From an uncultured bacterium (GTDB lineage: Bacteria; Verrucomicrobiota; Verrucomicrobiia; Limisphaerales; UBA8199), in contig CAVVMW010000019.1 of assembly GCA_963749495.1 (NCBI GenBank), forward strand, positions 224,001-288,000: a DNA stretch of 64,000 nt, written 5' to 3'. Below are positions 10,736 through 20,838 of this stretch, one piece after another. The position numbers and the translations under genes are program-made. Within the stretch, counting starts at the first letter, position 1, and every line of letters starts with the position of its first letter. The notes below the pieces were generated by a model. The model had not been told where the DNA came from and searched no databases. It saw only the letters and a program-made list of their open reading frames with translations.

Positions 10736-11548
10736 TCAGGGCGCCCGGCGCAGGGCCTTGAGGAACCGCCGGACGCCGCTGTCCAGGAAATCCAGTTCGG
10801 TGCCGGTCATGAGGAATTGGAAGCCCTGGGCGTGGAAGCGGCGCACCTCCTGGGGCGTGCGGGCGGGCCTGCCCAGGACCTTGCCGTGGCGTTTGGCGGC
10901 GGCCGCGATTTTCGCCACCGCGGCATCCAGGCGCCGATCCTGTTGCAGGCCGCGCAGGCCCATCGAGAAGGAGAGATCGCTGGTGCCGATGAAGAGGACG
11001 TCAAGTCCGGGCGTTGCCGCGATTTCATCGATGCGCTCCAACCCCTCGACATCCTCGATCATCGCGACGACCAGGGCATTTGCATCGGCAAAATCGTAGT
11101 AGTTCTCCGGCTCAGGCCAGCGGAACCGGGCCAGGTCGGCCCCCGAGCCGCGCAGGCCGCGCGGGGGATAGCGGCAGGCGGCGACGGCGCGCCGGGCCAG
11201 GTCCGGACTGCTGGTGAAGGGAAAAATCACCCCCAGCACTCCCATGTCCAGCAGGCGTTTGGCCGTCCAGAGCTCGTTCACAGGCGGACGGCCAATCGGC
11301 ACGGCCGGCAGGCCCCGAGTGGCCAGGACGATGTTGCGGACCGTCTCGAGGGACAGCGGGGAGTGCTCCATCTCCAGCCAGAGGAAATCGAACCCGAGCA
11401 TGGCCAGGCGCGCGGCGATTTCCACGTTGTTGGTGGAGATGACGACGCCCAGGGCCGGCTCGCCTTTGCGGAGCAACTCTTTGAGCGGGTTGCCGCAGGC
11501 GGCGGCGCCGGGGCGGGATCGTGGTTTGTTGGATTTGATGACCTGCAT
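10736..11548 (-). CDS. HpcH/HpaI aldolase family protein
   Basis: GFDFLWLEMEH, RYPPRGLRG, AMIED, FIGTSDLS. Confidence 0.9.
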   Translation of the reverse strand: MQVIKSNKPRSRPGAAACGNPLKELLRKGEPALGVVISTNNVEIAARLAMLGFDFLWLEMEHSPLSLETVRNIVLATRGLPAVPIGRPPVNELWTAKRLLDMGVLGVIFPFTSSPDLARRAVAACRYPPRGLRGSGADLARFRWPEPENYYDFADANALVVAMIEDVEGLERIDEIAATPGLDVLFIGTSDLSFSMGLRGLQQDRRLDAAVAKIAAAAKRHGKVLGRPARTPQEVRRFHAQGFQFLMTGTELDFLDSGVRRFLKALRRAP

Positions 11549-11647
11549 TTGCTGGAGTAATCGTGTTCCCAAGTTATGTAGCACGCGCGCGCCCTTCCTG
11601 CTTCCAGTATCGTCTATTGGACAATTTCGAATTCGCGCAACCCTCTC

Positions 11648-12700
11648 TCAGGGGCGCGGCGGGGCCTCCGGCACGGAATCGGCCGGGACGAGGAACAAGC
11701 GGTATTGGGCAGTGAGCCTGGTGCGCGCCGGCACCCAGCGGTAGCCGGGCACGCCGAACAACCTGCCGCGCTGGATCATGGCGCGCCGTGATTCGGGAAA
11801 CGGAGAGGCGCCGAATTCCATCCCGCGTGTGATGGTGACGCCGTTCCAGGGCGGGGATGTCCTGGAGCGGTTCTCTTCCCAGATCCCCAGCCAGGGGAAG
11901 TCGCTTTGCTTCCAAGCGTAGCCGAAGGCAAACCGGTGCGTCGGACTCCAGGCGGCAAACCAGGCCTCCTGCCGCGCCGGGTCCATCAGGTGTGTCGTGA
12001 ACGCCCCGGATACAGGCCGGTTGGTGAATACCCGCATGTCCTCGACGCCGCCATCCGCGCGCGGCACCATGGGCCAGTCGAATTCGGCCCCGGCCTGCAT
12101 GTAGCCTTTGCCGCCGGTGAAGTCGGCCTCGACGACCTTCGAGCGCGTGGCGGTCGCGCGGAATTGGGTGCGCCCCGTTTCGAGGAACGGCGGCCCCAGC
12201 GTCGCGTGCTCGGTCCAGGCGACAGGGCGGTCCCACGCCGAGAGGTTCTCGACGGTCTCCTGGATGGTGGCCGTGCGCGCGGCGGCGGCCAAACGAATCC
12301 GGCGCGTGAACCGCAGCCGCGCCTCGGCGAGCACCACGCTCTGGCTGAGCGTGTCGCCGGCGACCTCCAGGCTGTGCGGCAGAACCGAGGCCTCGCCATG
12401 CACGGTCATCCCGGCGGCCGCCTCGGACTCCGTGGGCCCGCCGAAGGTGTCCAGGCAGAGGTTGTGCCCGAGAATGCCCGCCAGGAGCTTGCTCTCCGAA
12501 TCGCTCCCATACTGGCGATGCCTGGCCGGATCGAACTGCGAAGGCTCCATGCTCGGCCAGGGCGGGCTCCAAAGCGGGTTCAGGCCCGTCGCTTTGTCCA
12601 GGACGGCGGCGATGTGCCCGCCTTCGACCGTCACGATGATTTGCAATGTCCCGTTGTCCAGGGCGCAGGCGCGCCGGCCCCGATATTGGATTTCATTCAT
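11648..12700 (-). CDS. Hypothetical protein, galactose-mutarotase-like fold (DUF4432-like)
   Basis: HGEA, EHATLGPPF, FPWLGIW, RGMEF motifs typical of the aldose-epimerase superfamily. Confidence 0.55.
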   Translation of the reverse strand: MNEIQYRGRRACALDNGTLQIIVTVEGGHIAAVLDKATGLNPLWSPPWPSMEPSQFDPARHRQYGSDSESKLLAGILGHNLCLDTFGGPTESEAAAGMTVHGEASVLPHSLEVAGDTLSQSVVLAEARLRFTRRIRLAAAARTATIQETVENLSAWDRPVAWTEHATLGPPFLETGRTQFRATATRSKVVEADFTGGKGYMQAGAEFDWPMVPRADGGVEDMRVFTNRPVSGAFTTHLMDPARQEAWFAAWSPTHRFAFGYAWKQSDFPWLGIWEENRSRTSPPWNGVTITRGMEFGASPFPESRRAMIQRGRLFGVPGYRWVPARTRLTAQYRLFLVPADSVPEAPPRP

Positions 12701-12755
12701 AGGACAAGTATGTGGCCCGATGCGAACAAGAAGGCAAGGGACAAAAGGGATGCGA

Positions 12756-12790
12756 GCTATCGGCTATTGGCTATCGGCTATCGGCTATTG
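12756..12790. repeat. Heptamer tandem repeat (GCTATCG/GCTATTG) x5
   Basis: Read directly. Confidence 0.9.
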
Positions 12791-12881
12791 GGGACGAACG
12801 GGACGCGAGGGCGCGCCGTTAACCTCCGGCTCTTGCTCTCCCACCCCTTGCCAAGACCCGCGACACGGGTTACGTAAATGC

Positions 12882-13668
12882 ATGTTCACCGTAACTGCCA
12901 ACACCATTCTCCCTTGCACCGTCACCGGTTCCTGGCCCCGCCCGCGCTGGTTCGACGCCAGCATGTGGGGCCGGCCCTGGACACCTGCATGCTCAACGTC
13001 CGTTTCCGCGAGAAGTATCAGGATGCCCTGGCCACCGTCATCAGCGACCAGGAACGCGCCGGCCTGGACATTCTCACCCACGGCGACCTGCACTGCGACG
13101 ACAACCTGGCGGGCCGTTCCTGGCACCATTACCCGCTCCAGCGCTGGGCGGTGTTTAGCGGCGATTACCTGCAGTCCGAGGCCACCCGCTCCCCGTGGCT
13201 GCGCTATCCGCCCGGCACACTGCTCAACGAAGGAAGATCTGCATCGGCGCCGTCAGCCACCGCTCACTCCAAGTCGAACGGGCCGATAACGTCGCCGCCA
13301 CCATCCGCCAGGCCCTCAAGCACATCGCCCCGGAGCAGCTTATCGTCTCGAGCGACTGCGGCTTGGGCCGCCAGGGCTGCAACCGCGAGATCGCCTTCTT
13401 CAAGAGCGTCGCCATCGCCCAGGGCACCAATATCGTCCGCCGCGAACTGGGCCTGCCCCAGACTGCCGTGCGCGCCGCCGACCCGGCCCTCCAAACCGAC
13501 ATCGTCCCCAAAGCGGAGGCTCCGCCCGCGAGCGGCCAGCCGACGGTTTCTGTGGCCGTGAAGCGCGGGGGCGGCCGAAATGCACGACGCCCAGCGATGA
13601 GCGTCAGCGCGCCACGAAAAGGACGGCAGGCTTGGTTGAAGGACCGGCAAGGGGGTTCGAAAGTCTAA
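12882..13668 (+). pseudogene. Cobalamin-independent methionine synthase II family, frameshifted with a large internal deletion
   Basis: N-terminal TVTGSWPRP...DQERAGLDILTHGD joined at ~13230 to C-terminal ICIGAVSH...IVSSDCGLG. Confidence 0.8.
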
Positions 13669-13695
13669 ACTCAAGTGTTACGTGGCAAGCCCACC

Positions 13696-13964
13696 GGGTG
13701 CGATAAAAGCGTCGGGCATGCGCCTCGGGAGTTTTGTCCCGGAGGGACATCTGACAATAGCCCGGCGTTTCAACGCCGGGGAGGCCACAAAAGGGACCCT
13801 CGTCCCGAAGGGACGACTGAGAACACTCGTTGCTTTCAGCCGTCCCTTCGGGACGGACCTGCTCCTTGGGTCCGCTCACCCGGCGTTGAAACGCCGGGCT
13901 ATTGTCGGAAGCCCCTTCGGGGCAGAAAGGCGCCGTGGGCTGACCGAGAATTTTAATCGCACCC
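13696..13964. repeat. REPIN-like palindromic element family C (core 13736-13923)
   Basis: gtcccggagggac..gacaatagcccggcgtttcaacgccggg..cgtcccgaagggacg mirrored; related copies at 50918-51080 and 54103-54285; 14-bp direct repeat agcccaccgggtgc at 13688 and 13965. Confidence 0.85.
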
Positions 13965-13984
13965 AGCCCACCGGGTGCCCTCGG

Positions 13985-14048
13985 CACTCGACCCTCGACC
14001 CTCGACCCTCGACACTCCTGTCTGGATATTCTTAAGCCAAGGTCTATA
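13985..14048. repeat. (CCCTCGA)n heptamers plus ~30-bp tail shared with 24255-24307
   Basis: ccctcgaccctcgacactcctgtc.gga...tctt.a.ccaaggtcta at both sites. Confidence 0.75.
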
Positions 14049-14057
14049 AAGGTGGCC

Positions 14058-16544
14058 ATGCCTTTGAAACGCCATCTTTTTCGGGGGGCCTGCTGGCTGG
14101 CCTCATCACTGGCACTGGCACGGGCTGCCGCGGAGTCCACGCCCCCAGGCGCTTGGCCTGGTGTCACCCTGGCCCAGCCTCGAGAAGTCGAGTTGGACGG
14201 GGCCGTGGGCGGGGCGTTTCTCGGCGGCGTCCAACGCCTGGCCCTGCCGCCTTACACCAAAGATTGGCTCCTGGCGGATGTCTCCTTCAAAGTCAACCGC
14301 ATTTTCACCAATTACAGCGGCGATGTCTCCGGACGCTTCCTCGAGTTGGCCTCGTTGACCAGCCCGTCCGGGCGCCCGGCCCCGGCCACGCTGCGGCCTG
14401 TGGCTGCCGAGATTTGCCGCTACCAAAAGGCGGACGGCCATTTCGGTCTCGAAATGGACTTCGACAAGCCGATGGGGAGGCTCGCGCCGCCGATCCCGAT
14501 GCTTTGGGGCAATGGGCGCTTGTTGGTGGGCCTGGTCACGGCCGCCCGCGAACTCAACGACACCAACCTGCTGGCCGCGGCGCGGCGGCTGGGCGATTTC
14601 TACGTGTCAACCACCAACGTCTTTTGCTCCCCGGCGCGCGAGGCCGAGCTGAAGGCCACCGGCACGGGGGGCGACGGCTACACGTGCTGTTATTTCCCGG
14701 GCATCGAGGGCCTGGCGCTGCTCTATCGCGCCACTCACGAGCCGCGCTACCTCGAACAGGCCGAGCGAATGGCCGAGTGGTTCAGGAAGTTCGACGCCCT
14801 GCCCACCGATCATAGCCATGGCAATCTCTGCGCCTGGCGCGGCATCCTCGAACTCTACCAACTCACCGGCCGGCGCGATTACCTCGAACGGGCCCTGGCC
14901 AAGTGGAAGGCCGCCGTGGAAAATGGATTCGTCTGGACGCTCGGCGGCATAGGTGAGCACTGGTATGTGTTTCATACCGGCGACGAGGGGTGCAGCGAGT
15001 CGGACTGGCTGCGGTTTAACCTCGAACTGTGGCGCGATACCGGCGAGACGCGCTTTCTCGACCTCGCCGAGCGGTTGCTTCGGAACCAGTATGCCGCCAA
15101 CCAGTGCCCGAATGGCGGCTACGGCTGGCGCCCATTCGACGGCGAGGCCGGCGTCGGGCCGATCGGCACGCGCGGCGCCGTCGAGGAATGGAACTTCTGT
15201 TGCAGCTTCCATGGCCCGCTCGGATTGCACTTCCTCAGGGCCTATCTGGCCGCCGGCTCCGAGCGCGGTGTGTTCGTCAATTTCCCGCTCGACTTCCGCG
15301 GCACCGTCAAGAGCGGCGGGCACGACTGGCGCGTGGCAGTCCGCACTCTGCCTGCGGCGCGCGCACAGGAGTTCCAGTTCGAGGTCGAGTTGGCCCCGGC
15401 AGCCACGGCCCGGGCCGCTCGAACCACGCTCTGGTTGCGTCGCCCGGAATGGGCGCTGGACGTCAAGGTATTGGGCGCCGGCCCTGACTACGCGCCGATC
15501 CCGTTCACCGAGGAGAGCGGCTATCTCAAGGTGACGCGCCAGTTCAAGGCGGGCGAAATACTGCGCGCGGTCTTCCAAACGGGGCTGCGTCTCGAAGGGC
15601 GGCGCTTCCAACAGGTCCGTGTCGAGCCTGGCCGGTTGACGCGTCTGCAGGACGTGGCGTTGTTGGACGGGCCCGAGGTGCTGTTTGCCGCGCCGGCGTC
15701 GGCGTCGGGCCGGATGAGCCTCTTGGCGCAGGTGGACGCCAAAGGGCGGGTGCGTTTCTGGGAGTCTGCCCAGGGCGGGCGGGTCACGGTGGTGTTGCCC
15801 AGCCTGGAGGCCACGCCACAGCAGATTGCCGCCGCCCTCGACTCGGCGCGGCCCGTCGCGCTCCGGCCTGAGTCTGCCCTCCACACACAGCGCCGGGCCA
15901 CCTTCGCGCACGACGTGGTCGTAGTGCCCGCCGAGCAACTCCCGGCGCCGGCCCTGGCCAGGTTCCAGGCGCGCGCGGCCCATGCCCTCGAAACCCAGTC
16001 CGGCCCATTTTTTGGCGAGCGCATGGAGAACAACCCGGAGGCCTGGCTCGGCGCCGGCGGCTGGGATTTCGGGACCAACGGACTGCGCGTCACCGGCGGC
16101 GACATCGGCCTGCTCGACGGCCAGGGCTATGCCGATTACCGGTTCGAATTCGACCTCGAACTCCCCATGGCCGGCCAGGGCATCACCGGCTGGGTCGTGC
16201 GCGCCGCCGACCCCAACAACTGCCTGATGTTCCAGATCCAGAGCGCCGACTCGACCTTCAACGCGCCCGAATTCAAGACCCGCCCCAACACGCTGCGCCC
16301 TCACTCCCGCCTCAACGGCCAGTGGACCATCGCCGACCCGTTGCCGCTGCCCAAGGAATTGCGCCGCGGGGAATCGCACCATATCGCCGTCGAGTGCCGC
16401 GGCCCGCAGATCACCGTCTTTCTCGACGGCGACAAGGTCTATTCCGGGGACGATGCCGGCTTGCGCAGCGGCGCAGTCGGTTTCCGCGCCGCCGCGCCGC
16501 CCGAACAGGGGGTGTTCCGGAATGTGGCGCTGAGGAAGCTGTGA
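14058..16544 (+). CDS. Secreted GH127/GH146-like (beta-L-arabinofuranosidase-like) protein with C-terminal DUF1080 domain
   Basis: Signal peptide; GGIGE, EGCSESDW, ERLLRN, FCCSFHG; C-terminal jelly-roll (HHIAVECRGPQITVFLDG...GAVGF). Confidence 0.7.
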   Translation: MPLKRHLFRGACWLASSLALARAAAESTPPGAWPGVTLAQPREVELDGAVGGAFLGGVQRLALPPYTKDWLLADVSFKVNRIFTNYSGDVSGRFLELASLTSPSGRPAPATLRPVAAEICRYQKADGHFGLEMDFDKPMGRLAPPIPMLWGNGRLLVGLVTAARELNDTNLLAAARRLGDFYVSTTNVFCSPAREAELKATGTGGDGYTCCYFPGIEGLALLYRATHEPRYLEQAERMAEWFRKFDALPTDHSHGNLCAWRGILELYQLTGRRDYLERALAKWKAAVENGFVWTLGGIGEHWYVFHTGDEGCSESDWLRFNLELWRDTGETRFLDLAERLLRNQYAANQCPNGGYGWRPFDGEAGVGPIGTRGAVEEWNFCCSFHGPLGLHFLRAYLAAGSERGVFVNFPLDFRGTVKSGGHDWRVAVRTLPAARAQEFQFEVELAPAATARAARTTLWLRRPEWALDVKVLGAGPDYAPIPFTEESGYLKVTRQFKAGEILRAVFQTGLRLEGRRFQQVRVEPGRLTRLQDVALLDGPEVLFAAPASASGRMSLLAQVDAKGRVRFWESAQGGRVTVVLPSLEATPQQIAAALDSARPVALRPESALHTQRRATFAHDVVVVPAEQLPAPALARFQARAAHALETQSGPFFGERMENNPEAWLGAGGWDFGTNGLRVTGGDIGLLDGQGYADYRFEFDLELPMAGQGITGWVVRAADPNNCLMFQIQSADSTFNAPEFKTRPNTLRPHSRLNGQWTIADPLPLPKELRRGESHHIAVECRGPQITVFLDGDKVYSGDDAGLRSGAVGFRAAAPPEQGVFRNVALRKL

Positions 16545-16561
16545 CTCAGCGCAGCAGAGGG
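16469..16561 (+). repeat. GH127 3' end, duplicated (diverged) at 19163-19255
   Basis: First 26 nt identical (cggcgcagtcggtttccgcgccgccg); 21/24 aa identical to the stop; similarity extends ~17 nt past the stop. Confidence 0.9.
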
Positions 16562-16570
16562 AAGCTGAGG

Positions 16571-17428
16571 CTACGGCGAGCCTTCCAACCTGCTCCGATA
16601 CGTCCCCAGGTCGGCGTCGGTCACGTCCTCTGGCGGGACGAGTTTGTAATGCTTTTCGGAGGAAATAGTAACGCCGTCTTCACCGGACTCGAATTCAAAA
16701 AGTGCGATGACTCCTTCGTCCATAAACTGCGCCGCGATGGGCCTGCAGACCAGCAGCGGGAACTTCCTCGCGCAGACGGCGAAGTCCTGCTCGATCTGTA
16801 CGATGTTAAGCTTGTCTTTGCCGCCCTTGGCTTGGATCGGGAACACATAGTGCGCGCCCTTCTTGTCCAGGCCGACGTACAGCTCATCGGTCTCGACCTG
16901 GCCCATTTCAGGAACCGTGGTGCGAAGATGGTTTTGAAGCGAATAGCACGTGACGCCGGTGAATATGTCCACCAGCCTGTTGTATCTCACTTTCGCAAGC
17001 AGCGCTTGTTCATCGTTGAAAGCGTACTTCGCCACAATCCCAGGCGTAGCGTCAGGGACCTTCGTGACAGCCAGGCGCTCGTTGGCAAGGATTGAAGTGC
17101 TCTTGACGAGAGCAAAAGTGTATCTGCTTCGTCCGGCCGGCCGAATGATCCAGATCTCGTGCTCCCCGGCGAGGGATGTAATTGTTTGAGGCAGCAGAGC
17201 CCGATACCTGAAACTGTAAACCAGATCGCCAAGGTTCTTGGGCAGTTTAACCTTCAGTTTCGATGCGACCCGCTCCATCTCCTCTCGCTCGAACGACACT
17301 TCACGCATGCCGCTTTGATACTTGGAGAAGAAGATCTTCTCTATAATGACCGAGTACCGGTTGGTTCTCCTGGATGGCTTTGGAGAAGGCTGTTCTCGCA
17401 TGCTTCCTTGGATTGGCTCTTCTTTCAT
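16571..17428 (-). CDS. PD-(D/E)xK-like endonuclease, putative type II REase, in frame with the MTase C-terminus
   Basis: QVETDELYVG...FPIQAK catalytic-like motif; directly downstream of an MTase; visibly lower GC than flanks. Confidence 0.65.
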   Translation of the reverse strand: MKEEPIQGSMREQPSPKPSRRTNRYSVIIEKIFFSKYQSGMREVSFEREEMERVASKLKVKLPKNLGDLVYSFRYRALLPQTITSLAGEHEIWIIRPAGRSRYTFALVKSTSILANERLAVTKVPDATPGIVAKYAFNDEQALLAKVRYNRLVDIFTGVTCYSLQNHLRTTVPEMGQVETDELYVGLDKKGAHYVFPIQAKGGKDKLNIVQIEQDFAVCARKFPLLVCRPIAAQFMDEGVIALFEFESGEDGVTISSEKHYKLVPPEDVTDADLGTYRSRLEGSP

Positions 17429-18824
17429 AATCATAGCGCTGGACGTGGGTTGCTGGGGCCAACCGCTGATCCTGGTGGGGCCGGGCCAGCGGAGGACGAC
17501 AACTTCCTCGCGAAGCTGCTCTCTAGTGGCAGTTGCCAAGCGGGTCCGGAACAGGTCAATGCCGCCGACTTCGTATCCAACGGACCGCGCGAGGTCAGCC
17601 AAGAGCCGGCCCGTTCGTATCATCACGCGCAGATACGATGCCTGGTCCCCCACAACGTACGCCAATTTCGCGCCAGGGCGGAGGACAGAGCGAAGGTCCA
17701 TAAGGTGACGCAGCATCCCACCAAAGTACAGCTTTGTGACGCGGGCGTACAGCCTCTCAAATCCGGACGTTTTGCCGAGTTCGATCCGGCGCCGCTCGAT
17801 AGAGTCAGCGATCCGCTGGATCTTCTTCATGATCGGCCACCACGCGGTCGTCAGTATCGCTCTTGTAAACACTCCGGGTGTTCGAGCGGACCAAGCTCTG
17901 CTTGAGGCGCCGCAGATCGTCTTTGCTCTTGATGAAGCCAAGCAGCACGGACTCCAGCCGTGTCGTACGAGTATAGTCCTTTTCGTTCGGGTAAGGCGGA
18001 GATGTTATTACCGCGTCAATTGACCCGGGGCGGAGCACCAGCGCTAAATCCCGGGCGTCGGCTTGATAAACGACCCCCGGCGTTGCGGCGCTCTGGCGGA
18101 GGCGGTCCAGGTCGGCGGCAATGCTCTTGACCCCGCGTAGCCATGGGCCTATAACAGGAGCATCAGGCTTGATCGAGCCGACGCCTATCTCCGGGCCAAA
18201 GTGCAAATTGCTGATTTCATTCACTAGACTCCTTGCGAGAGCCAGTCGCTCGTGCGCAATCAGGCGTGGGTCCTGGTTTTCCTCCAGTGTCTCCAACAGG
18301 ACCAGAGTCTTGTGAAGAGGAAGGGGGCTGATGGAACCGGTCAGCAGCAGCTTCAGAACGTCCGGCGTGAGTGTCCTAAGCTGAGGGAGAGTTCTTTGTC
18401 TGGGCTCGAAAAGGGGAAGCCCCCCTTCATCCTCGATTCCTTGGCAGGCGAACTGATCTGAGGCGAGGTTCGCGATGTGCTTGGCGTGGGCAGTGAGGTC
18501 CTGGGGGTCGAGGTCCCAGTCGAGTTTGGTGCGGCTGGCGAATGAGGCCATCGGATTGGGTTCAATTCCGCAACTCGGGATCCCGAGCTTTTTGCACTCG
18601 ACCAGAGTAGTGCCTGTGCCGCAAAAGGGGTCCAGGACGCTGTTTCCCGGCCCCAGGCCGAAGCTGCCGATATAGTTCCTGACCAAATGGGGTGGAAAAG
18701 ACAGGACGAACCGATACCAGTCGTGGGCCGCGCGATCCTCGATGCGAAGCTTGTTGTCCTCGCGCGGCCCCTGCAGAACGCCGCGCGGATCCTCTTGGAC
18801 TTCAAAATCGGCCGGGTTTGTCAT
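17429..18824 (-). CDS. N4-cytosine-type DNA methyltransferase, frameshift near 17830
   Basis: Motif I LDPFCGTGTT precedes motif IV ITSPPY; the C-terminal part (VLRPGAKLAYVVGD...REEVVVL) is in another frame. Confidence 0.85.
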
Positions 18825-19087
18825 CGTCGAGCAACCTTAAAAGGAACTGTGATTTTCCGCCAGTCAATTGATTGTCCTGGGCTGGCTTGGGGCGCATCCT
18901 GACAATGCCCCCTGAACAATGGCAACGTCACCGGGAGCGCAGGCACCCTTGCCGGTGTTTTCGGCTATTTCGCGCTCGCCTGCAAGGACGCGCGCTTTCC
19001 CGCCGTGTCGGGAGCGCACTCCAAAACGCTGGGGTTCCCTCCCCCGCCCAGTCGTGTCCGGCCCTTCGCCACTTTGCGGCGCCAGCC

Positions 19088-19168
19088 CTATGGGGCGTGG
19101 CCGGCGCCGGAGTCTGCTTTGGCTGGTGCTGGTGGATGGGCAGCGAGGGCCGGGACATTCGACGGCGC
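19088..19168 (-). repeat. Diverged copy of the nuoN 3' end (21008-21088)
   Basis: APSNVPALAAHPPAPAKADSGAGHAP* versus APSNVPALAAHPSAPAKAEAGAGQAP*. Confidence 0.9.
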
Positions 19169-19255
19169 AGTCGGTTTCCGCGCCGCCGGGCCGCCCGAGG
19201 CGGGGGTGTTCCGGAATATGGCGCTGCGCAAATTGTGACTCGGCGCGGCAGCGGG
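19163..19255 (+). repeat. Diverged copy of the GH127 3' end
   Basis: GAVGFRAAGPPEAGVFRNMALRKL* versus GAVGFRAAAPPEQGVFRNVALRKL*. Confidence 0.9.
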
Positions 19256-19351
19256 GGGCCGGGAGCACCTGCGATAGGGATGATCTGCGATGTAGTCGGT
19301 TGGCCAGAAGGCGCTTCCCATGGGGACAGGGCGATGGTATTCTTCCGGCGT

Positions 19352-19603
19352 ATGTTGACGGAGTACCTGCGATTGGCCATGGCGAAGGCCCATTATGAGC
19401 TGCTCGGGGAGGGAGAGGGGTTTTACGGTGAGATCCGCGGTTTTCAAGGGGTGTTGGCCCAAGCGGACACCCTGGAAGCATGCCGCGAGAAGTTGGCCGG
19501 CACGCTCGAGGATTGGTTGCTTTTTCGCATCTCGCGCCATCTGCCCATGCCGCCGCTCGGGGGATTGGACCTGACCGTAAGACAGGTCGAGGAGCCGGCC
19601 TGA
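19352..19603 (+). CDS. hicB: HicB family antitoxin
   Basis: MLTEYLRLAMAKAHYELL..GFYGEI.GFQGV.AQADTLEACR..L...LEDW. Confidence 0.85.
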   Translation: MLTEYLRLAMAKAHYELLGEGEGFYGEIRGFQGVLAQADTLEACREKLAGTLEDWLLFRISRHLPMPPLGGLDLTVRQVEEPA

Positions 19604-19647
19604 TGCATCGCTTTGGCCCGATCAAGCGGCGTGAACTCATCGCCTGA
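19603..19647 (+). pseudogene. HicA toxin 5' fragment (14 aa)
   Basis: MHRFGPIKRRELIA*, coupled to the hicB stop via TGATG. Confidence 0.6.
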
Positions 19648-19658
19648 CTATGTCGGCA

Positions 19659-20117
19659 TCAGGTTAGAAGACGCGAATCGAAGGCAAAGTCGGCAGGTTG
19701 GCCGATGGCGATCTTTGTGAAATCGGGATGGGCCGGATTGAGCACGTAGTTCGCTTCGCCTTGGATGATGACGCTCGGCACCGCCAGGATCGCGGAGCGC
19801 AGTGCGCGTGCCCATTCGTCACCGAGTTGCCGGGTGGAGAGCGGGGGAGGTTCCAGCTTCCAGTCGGCTGGCAACGAAGCCAGTGTCAGCCTTTCGACCA
19901 AACCCTGGTCGAACTCGATCCGTATGATCCTGTAATTGAACCTCACCTGGGGATTCAGGTGAACCAGCGTCTCCAACGCTGCCAGGGAGCAGGTCGCGCT
20001 GGCATAAACGACCGCCACTCCCCGCGAGTTCCAGCGGCCCCCGGTCTTGGCGGCTCCTTCACCGGAGAAGGCCGTGGCAACGTGCTTCTCCTTCACCATG
20101 CGCCAGGCTTCCGACAT
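19659..20117 (-). CDS. RES-domain toxin (NAD+ phosphorylase family)
   Basis: FSGEGA..GGRWN..G..VVY...SLAALE...VPS...E.NYVLNPAHPDF. Confidence 0.9.
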   Translation of the reverse strand: MSEAWRMVKEKHVATAFSGEGAAKTGGRWNSRGVAVVYASATCSLAALETLVHLNPQVRFNYRIIRIEFDQGLVERLTLASLPADWKLEPPPLSTRQLGDEWARALRSAILAVPSVIIQGEANYVLNPAHPDFTKIAIGQPADFAFDSRLLT

Positions 20118-20626
20118 CAGGAATAGACTCCGTATTCAATGCGTCCGAGCAGGTCTTCAACCTCCCGCGCGCCCACTTCGGTTTCAGCGTAATCCAGAGG
20201 CACCGCCCCGCCCAAGCCGACCTGGGGCGAAGTCAGCCAGCGCCGGGCGGGTTCCTCGCCTTCCATCACCTCGACCGCCTTGAGCACCAACCGGGCATAC
20301 CGGACAACCCGGTCGGACTCCTCCGGGCCGAGCCGTCCCTGGGCCTTGCGCCGGTGCAGCGTGGCCTTCGAAATGCCCAGCTTGTGGGCCAGTTTGTCCA
20401 TCGGCACGTCGAGGCTGCTCTGCAACACGTCCAGTTCCTGCACCGGCAAACCCGCGCGGATGACCTCGATCAACTCGCCTGGCGACAGCGCGGCGATGGC
20501 GGTTTTGGCCTTCAGGTTGTGGATCTGGCCGCTCGCTGCCCCGGCAAAGAGAACGGCCTTCTTCGGGGCAACATGGGCCACGACCTGCCTTCGGGACGGT
20601 TTCCCTTTTGTCATCGTCGTGCTCAT
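20117..20626 (-). CDS. Xre/MbcA/ParS antitoxin (DUF2384)
   Basis: LGISKATLHRRK..ESDR...ARRWL..P..LGG.VPLD...GAREVEDLLGRIEYG. Confidence 0.9.
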   Translation of the reverse strand: MSTTMTKGKPSRRQVVAHVAPKKAVLFAGAASGQIHNLKAKTAIAALSPGELIEVIRAGLPVQELDVLQSSLDVPMDKLAHKLGISKATLHRRKAQGRLGPEESDRVVRYARLVLKAVEVMEGEEPARRWLTSPQVGLGGAVPLDYAETEVGAREVEDLLGRIEYGVYS

Positions 20627-20838
20627 TTGATACAGAGAATAGTCTCATATGAAACGCATGTCAAACCGGCAAATGGCGCAGCTTGGCGGCTTGCCGGCTC
20701 TTGGCGAGATGTGTCTCCAACCATCCCTAACGCCCATGCCGACAAACGCGCGCGCTAAATCCGGTGTTCGGCGTTGGCGCGCTGTCGCACTGAGTTCGAC
20801 AGGGCTGGTCCGAACCAGGTATGTTCCGGGACATTGAT

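Noticed and set aside
16469..19255. Diversity-generating retroelement TR/VR pair (duplicated 3' end of a ligand-binding-type gene)
   Set aside because: Mismatches are not adenine-specific (C/G, C/T, G/A changes) and no reverse transcriptase is present in the window.
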